Source of the DNA: Desulfatiglandales bacterium
Lineage (GTDB): Bacteria > Desulfobacterota > DSM-4660 > Desulfatiglandales > HGW-15
Length of the DNA: 54,146 nucleotides
Direction of reading: 5' to 3'
Assembly: GCA_041685835.1 (NCBI GenBank)
Contig: JAWLEX010000003.1
Coordinates: 1 to 54,146 of the forward strand
Shown here piece after piece: positions 19,709 through 28,330 of this stretch. The notes below the pieces were generated by a model that made no database searches, was not told the origin of the DNA, and saw nothing but the letters and a program-made list of their open reading frames with translations. Position 1 is the first letter of the stretch; the number at the start of each line of letters is the position of its first letter. The translations under genes were made by a program, and so were the position numbers.

Positions 19709-19825
19709 TCAAAGGGTGCCGCGCCGGCCCCCTTCCTCGCGGGCCCTCTGTTTCAGCCGCTTCTTCCTCCGGCGCCGCCTTCTCTCGATCTCCCGCGTAC
19801 GCTCCTTCTTCTTATGTCTTGCCAT
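19709..19825 (-). CDS. small, extremely Arg/Lys-rich protein, 38 aa, unknown function
   Basis: ATG 19825 with GAGGAGG 10 nt upstream. Reads MARHKKKERTREIERRRRRRKKRLKQRAREEGGRRGTL, ending at TGA 19709-19711. Too short for the supplied ORF track. Confidence 0.4.
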   Translation of the reverse strand: MARHKKKERTREIERRRRRRKKRLKQRAREEGGRRGTL

Positions 19826-19936
19826 ACTGTTTGTTCCTCCTCAATGATACTTCATTCCGCTTAGGGAGTTGTTTTCTTAAAGACTACATTAAGCCGCTTT
19901 TCCCGCAAAGCATGCAAAGACAAAAATGTCGAAATG

Positions 19937-19957
19937 AAAAAAGCCCCCTCAAGGGCC
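19937..19957 (-). terminator. short terminator-like hairpin with a U tract
   Basis: Minus strand reads GGCCC-ttgagg-GGGC followed by TTTTTT. The stem is only 4-6 bp. It lies between MITE copy 2 and the small basic ORFs. Confidence 0.3.
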
Positions 19958-20020
19958 TGAAAGCTGATGACACCTGTTCCTGTGTGCTTTTATAGGAGAA
20001 AGCCGCGACCGAGTCAATTA

Positions 20021-20163
20021 GTTTCCTTCCGGAAATGGTCTTTTTTGCCAATCTCGGCGTGAATCTGCGGGATCGATTGTGCGTTTTTTCCAGTAAACCA
20101 TCAAGGGCCTCTTGATTTTCTTGACCTTGACAAAAAATCCTCGTATGAAACTCCAAATGCACT
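20021..20163 (+). mobile_element. MITE-like repeat, copy 2 (diverged, central hairpin lost)
   Basis: The left 45 nt (GTTTCCTTCCGGAAATGGTCTTTTTTGCCAATCTCGGCGTGAATCTGCG) and the right part (CCTCTTGATTTTCTTGACCTTGACAAAAAATCCTC) align with the intact copies. The centre and the right end are degenerate. TA precedes the left end. Confidence 0.6.
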
Positions 20164-20233
20164 CTCTATAAAATCGGCCGCTTCGGCGGCCGCCCGGAAG
20201 GCCTATTTGATCAATAAGGAAGGCACCCCTTTC

Positions 20234-21334
20234 ATGCACGAATCGCACCGTCCGCCTCCGGGAGAGATACAAAGGCGTATTTGCGGGCTTCAGCGGGAAA
20301 TGGTCTCACGCGGAATCCACGGCGTCCTCATTACCCAGCGAATCGACCTGCTGTACTTTTCAGGGTGTGCCCAGAACGCCTACCTGTACGTCCCTCAAAA
20401 AGACGGCCCGATTTTGCTGGTCAGGAAACACCTGCCACGGGCCGCCCTTGATTCACCCCTTCCCTTGCTGACAAGCCTGGATTCGATCCGCGATATTCCA
20501 AGGCTTGTTGTCGAACACGGCCATCCCATCCCAAGGGTTCTGGGAACGGCCTGGGACGCCCTTCCGGTCAGGGAGTTCAATTTTTTTCGCGGGCTGTTCC
20601 GATCGCATGCACATGTCGACGTCACCGACATGGTTCTTGGTCTCCGCTCAATCAAGTCCCCCTGGGAAATCGAACGAATTTCCCATTCATCCCGCCTTTG
20701 TGAAATGACACTTCAACACCTGGAAGCCTGCATTCGCCCCGGCACGACCGAGACCCGTATTGCAGGTCTCTCCGAGGCCTTTGCCAGACGCCACGGCCAT
20801 GGAGGCGGCATTCGAGTGCGTCTACCTTCTGAGGACGACCGCTCCGGATGGCTTGCGGACGACCGGGGCGTTGTGCCGGACAAGGGTCCTTTCACGGTTG
20901 GGTTCCGGTCGGTTGTCAACGGATACCACGCTGCGACGGCCCGCATATACGGCCGTGAGTCCGGACCCGGTTCTGACCGTCGCGCTGCTGACTCACTCGA
21001 AGCCTTTCACGAATCGATCCTGTCAAAGGCGGCCGGCTGTACCTCACTCGAGGAACTGGCCGCGGCTGCTTGTGGCACCGCCAAAAGGACGAAGTACGGC
21101 GACCCGGCCATGGGATGTAACCAGGCGCTCCAGGGAATAGGTCTGGAGCTGCGGGAGCCTGTCGAACAGACCACGGTCACGGGAAAATTGAGGAAGGGAG
21201 GAGCGTGCATTGTTCTGGAAAGCCGGACGAGGACCCTTAAAGGCCGCGCCCTCTGCATTCAGGATACACTTATTATGGACAGCCGGGGGATTCGCCTTGC
21301 CTTGCTTCCGATCGAGACACCTCCCTTTTTTTAA
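20234..21334 (+). CDS. M24-family (creatinase / Xaa-Pro peptidase fold) protein with substituted metal ligands
   Basis: Creatinase-like N-domain and a pita-bread C-domain with recognisable motif order. Canonical ligand positions appear replaced (details in findings). ATG 20234 has AAGGAAGG upstream. Confidence 0.75.
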   Translation: MHESHRPPPGEIQRRICGLQREMVSRGIHGVLITQRIDLLYFSGCAQNAYLYVPQKDGPILLVRKHLPRAALDSPLPLLTSLDSIRDIPRLVVEHGHPIPRVLGTAWDALPVREFNFFRGLFRSHAHVDVTDMVLGLRSIKSPWEIERISHSSRLCEMTLQHLEACIRPGTTETRIAGLSEAFARRHGHGGGIRVRLPSEDDRSGWLADDRGVVPDKGPFTVGFRSVVNGYHAATARIYGRESGPGSDRRAADSLEAFHESILSKAAGCTSLEELAAAACGTAKRTKYGDPAMGCNQALQGIGLELREPVEQTTVTGKLRKGGACIVLESRTRTLKGRALCIQDTLIMDSRGIRLALLPIETPPFF

Positions 21335-21466
21335 AGAGGGTGTTTATGAAATTTTTTGACACGGGTTTGACAATCAGGCACCGTATTCGTTGACAGCCTC
21401 TTCGTCCGTTTTTCCCCGGCTGTCTTTGTTTCCGGCCGATTATTCACAGTGCTGGAGATCGAATCA

Positions 21467-22972
21467 ATGAGAAAGCGAGCAAAAAAGATCCTCAAGTTGT
21501 TTGATGACGCAGTGGAAGCTGAAAAGCGCTACGAGTTTCAGAGTGCCAAGCAGTATTACCGAAAAGTAGCTTTGCTGCATCCAAACAGCCCGGAAGCGGA
21601 TATTGCCCGGGAAAGAATCGAGGATATGGACGTGCTGTCCAACGAAAAGCGGATTTACAGAAGGATCGACCGGAATGCGAAACGGATCCTGACGGAAATC
21701 GGCATCGACATTTCAGCGAGCGCGGAACTGATGCAAATATTGATGGACGCCGATGCCATAGACATGGACAAGGAAAGCGCCCTGTTCATTCCACTTCGTG
21801 AAGATTACCTCGAGTCCTGCCTGGACACCGTCCCGACTGAAATGGCCGAAGATCCGGGGGAAAACGCGTTCGGGACCGGCGCTACCCCTCCGTTCCTGCT
21901 CCGACCGGGCAGAGATGATCTTCAGCCGGCCAGCCGCGGGGAATTCGAAAAAATCGTCGAAACGGCGTCCGATTACTCCGACAGCCTGGGAATCTTCAGC
22001 GTACCAGTTGCCACGGACAAATCCATCTCGGATTTCGAAAGCGCCCGGCTCATGGAAACCGGATTTCCGGACCTGAAGATGACCCACACTCGAAACATGT
22101 CAGACAGCGAGGCGGAATATTTCCGGTACAGGGACGATTGGTTGGACGGCACCAGCCTGATCACATCGCTGACCTTCATGCCCACCATGGTCAAGCCTTT
22201 TCTTCGAAGCGCAAGGGCCGGGAACAACCTCCTTCTGCTCGACCTCACGATTGCCGGATCCACCGGTCCCATCAGCCCTGAGGCCCTGCTCACGCAGATC
22301 CACGCTCAGGTCCTGTTCATGATGGTCCTGGCTCAGACCGTCAACCCGGGAGTTGTGTGCGTGCACGGCGGTATTCCGGATGTCCTCGGCGTCGAAGGGG
22401 ATCTCTGCTACAGTGATCCCGCCCAGCCGATCATCAACTCAGCCATGGCCCGGCTCAATCTATGGGTTACAGGCTTTCCCTCGGCCCAATCCGGCGGCAG
22501 CACCAGCATCATCAATGACATCCCCGCCGCTGTGGAGGAATCCGAGCTGTCGAGAAACACTTTGCGGGAGTATGGCGTTCACATCCTCCGCCATGCCATG
22601 GGGGCGTTAGGCAGTCTGAATTTTTTCAGCCTCGAAAAATTCATAGAGGACTGTAAACGGGAACGGGCCGCACGAAGGATCTGGCTGCAGACCAGACACG
22701 ACTTCGTCATTCCCCTTTATCTGCCCGAGGACAAAAATACGGTCAAGGGAATCCGTGAGATTGCGGAAAAAGGCGGAGCCAAGCACGCAGATCACACCCT
22801 CAACAACGTGGGGTGCTTTTATAAGTGGCATGACGCCCTGCACGCCGCTTCAGAAAAAAAACTGTATTACCCGGACCTGAACGATACAATCAACAGAGAC
22901 AAATCCAGACTAAAGAGGATGGCCGAGGAAGAAAGCGTGACCCAGCTTCAAGACACCTTCCTCAAGGGCTGA
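21467..22972 (+). CDS. MttB-superfamily (trimethylamine methyltransferase-like, non-pyrrolysine) protein with an N-terminal extension
   Basis: Family-like pattern recalled from memory: AKRILTEIGIDI...FIPL...CLDTVP, then IAGSTGPISPEALLTQIHAQVL...AQTVNPG and a C-terminal SLEKFIEDC. There is no in-frame TAG. ATG 21467 has GGAG 9 nt upstream. Confidence 0.5.
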   Translation: MRKRAKKILKLFDDAVEAEKRYEFQSAKQYYRKVALLHPNSPEADIARERIEDMDVLSNEKRIYRRIDRNAKRILTEIGIDISASAELMQILMDADAIDMDKESALFIPLREDYLESCLDTVPTEMAEDPGENAFGTGATPPFLLRPGRDDLQPASRGEFEKIVETASDYSDSLGIFSVPVATDKSISDFESARLMETGFPDLKMTHTRNMSDSEAEYFRYRDDWLDGTSLITSLTFMPTMVKPFLRSARAGNNLLLLDLTIAGSTGPISPEALLTQIHAQVLFMMVLAQTVNPGVVCVHGGIPDVLGVEGDLCYSDPAQPIINSAMARLNLWVTGFPSAQSGGSTSIINDIPAAVEESELSRNTLREYGVHILRHAMGALGSLNFFSLEKFIEDCKRERAARRIWLQTRHDFVIPLYLPEDKNTVKGIREIAEKGGAKHADHTLNNVGCFYKWHDALHAASEKKLYYPDLNDTINRDKSRLKRMAEEESVTQLQDTFLKG

Positions 22973-23014
22973 CAGCAGGTACGGGCGGGTTTGTATCCTT
23001 GGGTATACGGTCCG

Positions 23015-23059
23015 GGATGGAAACTTGCCAGTGCCCGAAAAGCGTTTCTGGATGGAAAC
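23015..23059 (+). mobile_element. MITE-like repeat, copy 3 (solo right-end module)
   Basis: TGGAAACTTGCCAGTGCCCGAAAAGCGTTTCTGGATGG is identical over 38 nt to the right module of copy 1. It ends GGATGGAAAC, the exact complement of the GTTTCCATCC terminus, and is followed by TA. Confidence 0.65.
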
Positions 23060-23394
23060 TAGCGAAGATCGTCGCGGGGCGGGCAAAACACTTCCACGAG
23101 TTCCGTGTACTCGTGGCAGAGACCTGAGTGAGCCACTCCGCCCGGGACATGGTAGGCCTCTCCTGCACGCACCGTGAAGGTTTCGTCCCCCACGGCCATA
23201 TCGATCACGCCACGGATAACCGTTCCAATCTGCTCGTGGGGATGGGAGTGCTCAGGCACCTTCGACCCGGCCTCCACTCGAAAAAAGGCCATGGTCATCC
23301 TGTCTCCGTGAATAACCCGAATACTGACTCCTTCCGCCGGAGACAGGGGATCAAGATCCGAGATACAATAGTGCGGCAAATCGACCTCCTCCAC
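23059..23394 (-). CDS. cupin domain protein
   Basis: Cupin_2 motifs EHSHPHEQIGTVIRG and VPGGVAHSG. GTG start lies downstream of a GGAGG-rich spacer. The TAG stop spans the junction with MITE copy 3. Confidence 0.75.
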   Translation of the reverse strand: MEEVDLPHYCISDLDPLSPAEGVSIRVIHGDRMTMAFFRVEAGSKVPEHSHPHEQIGTVIRGVIDMAVGDETFTVRAGEAYHVPGGVAHSGLCHEYTELVEVFCPPRDDLR

Positions 23395-23424
23395 CTACAC
23401 CCTCGCTCTCACCTCCACCTTCAC

Positions 23425-24123
23425 CTACACCATCAAATACTTTTTCCGGACCTCCTCGTTTTCCTTCAAGTCCTGGATGGTTCCGTGAAATCGAATCGTC
23501 CCGTTGTCAATGACGTATCCGCTGTCACTGAGCTGCAGGGCCACCTTCAGGTTCTGCTCGGCCAGCAGGACCGTTAGCCCGCGGTCTCTAAGAACGGCGA
23601 TATGCTCCTCGAGCAGGCGAACTATCATGGGAGCAAGCCCTTCCGTAGGCTCATCGAGGAGCAGGAACTCGGGATTCGTCATCAGGGCCCTGGCGATGGT
23701 GAGCATCTGCTGCTCACCTCCGCTCAGAAAACCGGCCTTTCGGTCCATGATGTGCCCCAGCGCCGGGAAGAACTCATAAACCCGGTCACGCGTCCACTCG
23801 TCACTCTTTCCCCGGGACCGCTCCGAGATCTCGAGGTTCTCGTCAACGCTGAGGTCCGCGAAGACCCTGCGGTTGTCGGGGACGTAACCAATGCCAAGCC
23901 GGGCTATCTGATAGGGTTTAAGGCCGGCGATCCCGGTTCCCTTGAATCGGATCGCGCCGCTCTTTGGTGGCACGAGCCCCATGACGCTCTTCATGGTCGT
24001 GCTCTTGCCGGCGCCGTTTCTCCCCAGAAGGCAGACTATCTCCCCGGCCGGCACCTCCAGGGACACCCCGAACAGGATGTGGCTGATCCCGTAATAAGTA
24101 TGGATGCCCTCCAGCTCGAGCAT
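23425..24123 (-). CDS. livF: branched-chain amino acid ABC transporter ATP-binding protein (LivF type)
   Basis: Walker A GRNGAGKST, signature LSGGEQQML and Walker B LLLDEP. Confidence 0.9.
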   Translation of the reverse strand: MLELEGIHTYYGISHILFGVSLEVPAGEIVCLLGRNGAGKSTTMKSVMGLVPPKSGAIRFKGTGIAGLKPYQIARLGIGYVPDNRRVFADLSVDENLEISERSRGKSDEWTRDRVYEFFPALGHIMDRKAGFLSGGEQQMLTIARALMTNPEFLLLDEPTEGLAPMIVRLLEEHIAVLRDRGLTVLLAEQNLKVALQLSDSGYVIDNGTIRFHGTIQDLKENEEVRKKYLMV

Positions 24124-24125
24124 GC

Positions 24126-24860
24126 CTATGTCCCTCCCAGGTAAGCCGACTGGACTTCTTCGTTGTCCCGCACCTCGGCAGGTGCAGCCTGAATAATAGA
24201 GCGGCCGTGCGCCATAACCATTATCCTGTGGGCGATGGAGAAGACAAGCTCCATGTCGTGCTCGCAGAAGAGAATTGTAAGTCCCAAATCGGAGTTCAGC
24301 CTGCGAATGAGGTCAATCGTCTCCGAAGTCTCCTCCGGCGACATGCCCGCCGTAGGTTCGTCAAGGATGAGAAGCTCCGGACGGTTTCCGAGGGCGACAG
24401 CCATCTCGAGCACCTTCTGGTCTCCATGGGAAAGGGATCCGCTTACCCGTCCAGCCTTGTCCGCCAATCCTAAGTTTCCAAGTATCTCCTCGGTCTCTTC
24501 GATCCCGTGCTTCCCGGCCGAAGAGAAGAGCTTGCGGGTCTTGTTCTGGTGACTGAGGACTGCCACCTGAACATTGTCAAAAACCGTCATGCGGCTGAAG
24601 ACGTTTACTACCTGAAAGGAAAGGCTGATCCCCTTCTTGCACACCTCATACGGAGGAAGCCCTGAAATATCCTCGTCCTTGAAAATAATCCGCCCGTCAT
24701 CGGGCCGCAGGTGGCCGGTTATGAGCTTGAACAGGGTCGTTTTGCCGGCCCCGTTCGGGCCGATCACCGCGACGATCTCCCCCCGTTCCACCGTCAGGTT
24801 CGCTTCGTTGACCGCCAGAAAGCCGTCGAATGATTTATTGATGGATTCGGCCCTTAGCAT
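24126..24860 (-). CDS. livG: branched-chain amino acid ABC transporter ATP-binding protein (LivG type)
   Basis: Walker A GPNGAGKTT, signature LSHGDQKVL and Walker B LILDEP. Confidence 0.9.
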   Translation of the reverse strand: MLRAESINKSFDGFLAVNEANLTVERGEIVAVIGPNGAGKTTLFKLITGHLRPDDGRIIFKDEDISGLPPYEVCKKGISLSFQVVNVFSRMTVFDNVQVAVLSHQNKTRKLFSSAGKHGIEETEEILGNLGLADKAGRVSGSLSHGDQKVLEMAVALGNRPELLILDEPTAGMSPEETSETIDLIRRLNSDLGLTILFCEHDMELVFSIAHRIMVMAHGRSIIQAAPAEVRDNEEVQSAYLGGT

Positions 24861-25812
24861 CCGTTAACCCCCCGGCCCCTTCACGACCCCTGGTCTTATC
24901 GATGATGAACCCCATGACGCCTTCAGGGAGGAAGAAGATCAACAGGATCAGGATCACGCCCAATATAAGCGTCCAGTACTCCGTATAGGTCCCCACAAAG
25001 GTCCTTAGGCCCACGGTGATGGCGGCGCCCAGAACAGGCCCTGCAAAAGTGAACCAGCCACCCAGAAGGCACATGATAAAGACCTCCAGGGACAGGACCC
25101 AGAAGAGAAGGTCCGGGAATACCGAACCCTCCACCACTACGAAGAGCACGCCGGCGATCCCTGCGAAAAAGGTGGCGATAACGATACCAAAGAGCTGGTG
25201 TCCCCGGACATGGATCCCCACGGTTTCACAACGCTCGGGGTTGTCCCGGATCGCCTGGAGTGTCTTCCCAAAAGGCGATCGGTATATCATGTACATTACA
25301 ATGATGCAGGCGCCCAGAACGAACAGGATGAAGTAGTAGCTGCTGGAAATGGTGCTGATTGCATCCGGGATCGGGATCCCGTGAATTCCGTCATCCCCTC
25401 CTGTCAAACTGTACCAGCGAAATGCAATAGCCCAGATGAGCGATCCCAGCGAGATCTGAAGCATTCCGAAGTAGAGCTTGTTGAGGCGTACGCAGAACCA
25501 GCCGATGATGAGCCCTGTAAACGCCGCCGCAAAAGGGGCGAGAACGAACCCCACCCACGCGGGCAGTTGTGTCCTGGTCAGAACCAGGGCAAATGTGTAT
25601 GCGCCCACGCCGTAAAACGCCGCATGATGAAACTGGTACATCCCGCCGTGTCCCACCACCATGTTTAGGCTCATGGCCAGAAGGGCGGTCACCATAATTA
25701 CGGCCGTGATGTAGACGTAGAATCTGGACAGGGCCAAGGGCATGAACAGCAGCGCCGCAAAGACCGCAACGTAAGGCCAGACAGTCTTCCAGTTGAACGG
25801 GCCTCTCTGCAA
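24835..25812 (-). CDS. livM: branched-chain amino acid ABC transporter permease (LivM type)
   Basis: Polytopic membrane protein in the LivM position of the operon. Confidence 0.85.
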   Translation of the reverse strand: MQRGPFNWKTVWPYVAVFAALLFMPLALSRFYVYITAVIMVTALLAMSLNMVVGHGGMYQFHHAAFYGVGAYTFALVLTRTQLPAWVGFVLAPFAAAFTGLIIGWFCVRLNKLYFGMLQISLGSLIWAIAFRWYSLTGGDDGIHGIPIPDAISTISSSYYFILFVLGACIIVMYMIYRSPFGKTLQAIRDNPERCETVGIHVRGHQLFGIVIATFFAGIAGVLFVVVEGSVFPDLLFWVLSLEVFIMCLLGGWFTFAGPVLGAAITVGLRTFVGTYTEYWTLILGVILILLIFFLPEGVMGFIIDKTRGREGAGGLTDAKGRIHQ

Positions 25813-25843
25813 AGCTGATACTCCCAGTCAGACCGGCGTCGGC

Positions 25844-26719
25844 CTACCAGACCGACTTGAGCATGCCGGTGGGCCGCCAGACGAGAACGATCACCACGGC
25901 CAGGTATGGGAACACGATGGCGAATTGCGGCCATAAGAGCACGCCGATGGAGTGGGTCACACCGAATATAAGGGAACCGATAAGGGCCCCCCACATGTTG
26001 CCTAGACCACCGATGGTGACAATGAGAAACGCCTCGATGATTATGTCATGATCCATGCCCAGCGAGACGCTGATGGTCGGCGCCACCAGTGCCCCGCCGA
26101 GTCCTCCCAGAAAGCAGCCCAGCGTGAAAGCGAAAGCGAATACCCAGCTCACGTTTATCCCGATTGCGTCCACCATTTCACGATCCACGGCTGCGGCCCT
26201 GGCGACCTTGCCGATCTTCGTCTTGTTCGTGAAGAGCCAAAGGGCCACCGCGACGACAGGCCCCACGATCAACAGGAACAGGTTGTATTTCGGGAAGGAG
26301 GATCCCAGAATCGGCAGCGACCCAGCCAGTAGCTCAGGAGAGGTGATGGAGCGGTAGTCGGACCCCCAGATAATCTTGACCAGGTCGCCTAAAATGAGCA
26401 TGAGGGCGAATGTGAACAGGAGGAGCATGAGGTGCTCGCGCTGGTACAAATGGCAGAACAGTCCCCGCTCCGCAACCAGAGCCACCCCCGCAACGACAAA
26501 CGGGCTCAACAACAGGGCCAGCCAGAAAGCGGCCGCACCGCCCCCGAAAACCTGGTTAAGGGTGAAGGCGGAAAAGGCCCCGATCATGTAAAGGGATCCG
26601 TGCGCCACGTTCGGCACTCGGAGCACCCCCAGTACAAAGCTGAGCCCCGAGCTCACAATGAAGAGAATCATGGCTCTGCTGAGGCCTACCAAGAGATGAA
26701 CGCCCAGGGACGACAGCAT
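25844..26719 (-). CDS. livH: branched-chain amino acid ABC transporter permease (LivH type)
   Basis: Polytopic membrane protein with the LivH-like N-terminus GLSRAMILFIVSSGLSFVLG. Confidence 0.85.
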   Translation of the reverse strand: MLSSLGVHLLVGLSRAMILFIVSSGLSFVLGVLRVPNVAHGSLYMIGAFSAFTLNQVFGGGAAAFWLALLLSPFVVAGVALVAERGLFCHLYQREHLMLLLFTFALMLILGDLVKIIWGSDYRSITSPELLAGSLPILGSSFPKYNLFLLIVGPVVAVALWLFTNKTKIGKVARAAAVDREMVDAIGINVSWVFAFAFTLGCFLGGLGGALVAPTISVSLGMDHDIIIEAFLIVTIGGLGNMWGALIGSLIFGVTHSIGVLLWPQFAIVFPYLAVVIVLVWRPTGMLKSVW

Positions 26720-26815
26720 GATATTCTATCCTGCTTCCATGGCGTTGCCGCTTTGGGAAGAAGGAGGGAACGGCGGCGGACCGCCGTTCCTGAACGGCCT
26801 GATGAATTCAGGCGG

Positions 26816-28069
26816 CTACTTTTCGCGCGCCTTCCGGATCTCCTCACATGTGGGCATGACCTCGTCGTCTGTCAAGGTCTGGATATCCGTGCTTACGGCC
26901 ACACCGTATTCGGGGGAGATCTTGGTGACGCCCAGGTACATGGGAAGCTTGACCTGATGATCGCACGCCCTCATTTCGAGCCGGCCCACCGGGCTTTCGA
27001 TGGTCATTCCCTCGATGGCGTCAATGAACTTCTCCGTGTCTAACTTTCCGGCTTTTCGGTAGGCCTTGGCTATGAAGTGTGCGGTGATATAGCCGTGGAA
27101 CGCTGGAAAGCCCGGGGGCTCGCCGTAAGTCTCTCGAAACTTATCAACAAACGCCTTGTGTTCCGGCGTCTCCGGATAGTAGAAGTGATAGTCCATGGTA
27201 CCCATGACCCCTTCCGGGGCCTGTTCCCCCAAGGGTTTCAGAACAGCGTGGTCTGTTGCCGTATGGATATAGATAGGAAATTTCTCCGCCATGCCCGTGG
27301 CCTTGATGGACTTCAAGACGTTTGTCATGCTGGGTCCGCCGGTACAGAAAATCACCGCATCCGGTTTGGCGGACATGATCGAGGTGATGTACGGGGAGAG
27401 ATCCGGTTCGCCGGGCTTCCACCATGACTTCCCGATCATCTCCACCTCGGGTTTTCTCTCCTTGAGGTTTCGCCAGGCCGCATCCGCCAGGGAGTGTCCA
27501 TACTCGTAGTCGTCACCTGCGATCCAGTACTTGACGTAGGGTTTCCTGGAAAGGGCTACGCCGCCGACCTTGCCCGCCATGGCCGAGTTCTCACCGGTCG
27601 AAAAAACGTACCTGTGTCCTTTCTCGCCGGTGATCCGATCGCTCTTCGAGATCCAGACGAAAAAAGGTATCTTCTCCTTCTGGGCGACTGACGTAGAGAC
27701 AGCCATGGCCGCACCCGAGTTTATGGTCCCCACGAGGAGATCCACATTTTCCCGCATGACAAGCTCCTTGGCCATATTAAGTGCGATGTCGACTTTGAAC
27801 TTGGTGTCACGGTTGGTCCAGGTGATCTTACCTCCAAGGACGCCTTCGTTGTTGATCTCCTCCAGGGCGAGCTTGAACCCGTTGAGTGCGTCGTTTGCAT
27901 AAACGGAGGGCGGACCGCTGTAACAATCGATGATGCCCACCTTGATGTCCCGTGCCTCGGCCTCCTGAAGGGGCATCGCCGAAAGCGAAACGGCCAGAAA
28001 ACCCGCCAGGGTCACAAACACCCCGAAGATGTGAGCACGTCTCATTTTCTTTGTTCCTGAATCAGCCAT
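26816..28069 (-). CDS. ABC transporter substrate-binding protein (Leu/Ile/Val-binding PBP1 family)
   Basis: Signal peptide MRRAHIFGVFVTLAGFLAVSLSA followed by a type-1 periplasmic binding fold. Start set at ATG 28069 (GGGAGGG upstream); ATG 28045 is also possible. The longest ORF (to 28306) is unlikely. Confidence 0.85.
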   Translation of the reverse strand: MADSGTKKMRRAHIFGVFVTLAGFLAVSLSAMPLQEAEARDIKVGIIDCYSGPPSVYANDALNGFKLALEEINNEGVLGGKITWTNRDTKFKVDIALNMAKELVMRENVDLLVGTINSGAAMAVSTSVAQKEKIPFFVWISKSDRITGEKGHRYVFSTGENSAMAGKVGGVALSRKPYVKYWIAGDDYEYGHSLADAAWRNLKERKPEVEMIGKSWWKPGEPDLSPYITSIMSAKPDAVIFCTGGPSMTNVLKSIKATGMAEKFPIYIHTATDHAVLKPLGEQAPEGVMGTMDYHFYYPETPEHKAFVDKFRETYGEPPGFPAFHGYITAHFIAKAYRKAGKLDTEKFIDAIEGMTIESPVGRLEMRACDHQVKLPMYLGVTKISPEYGVAVSTDIQTLTDDEVMPTCEEIRKAREK

Positions 28070-28296
28070 AGTTGCCCTCCCTTGAAAAAGTTTGCCGGAT
28101 GAAACACCTCCGATGTTCCCGGTTGAGCCGGGACAAAGGGATCGGAAGCAAGGTCCTGCCAGGAAGGTTAATGGGGACAGCCCATCCCGTGGGGAGATTG
28201 CCGCTGTCAAGGATGGGTTCGCTTTAATACCCAAAAAATTTACGATCATAAACCCCTCCCTGTCAATTAAAAATACGGTTTCAGGCAAAGGAAGAG

Positions 28297-28325
28297 TTGA
28301 AAGCAACTCCCATACCCGCTATCTT
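28297..28325 (+). promoter_or_regulatory. candidate sigma-70-type promoter placing the transcription start at or next to the lutA ATG
   Basis: TTGAAA (28297-28302), 17-nt spacer, TATCTT (28320-28325), then only 5 nt (gaacc) before ATG 28331. No SD is visible. Confidence 0.3.
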
Positions 28326-28330
28326 GAACC

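Noticed and set aside
21356-21395. Three TTGACA hexamers (21356, 21367 and 21390) lie upstream of the MttB-like gene and could be stacked promoters or an operator array.
   Set aside because: None has a plausible -10 hexamer at 16-18 nt spacing. It may be chance or a binding site, but I cannot support a call.
23395-23424. A low-complexity CACCT/CCACC-rich tract lies between livF and the cupin gene.
   Set aside because: On the coding (minus) strand it is simply a purine-rich, GGAGG-containing 30-nt spacer serving as the cupin ribosome-binding region. There is no repeat periodicity.
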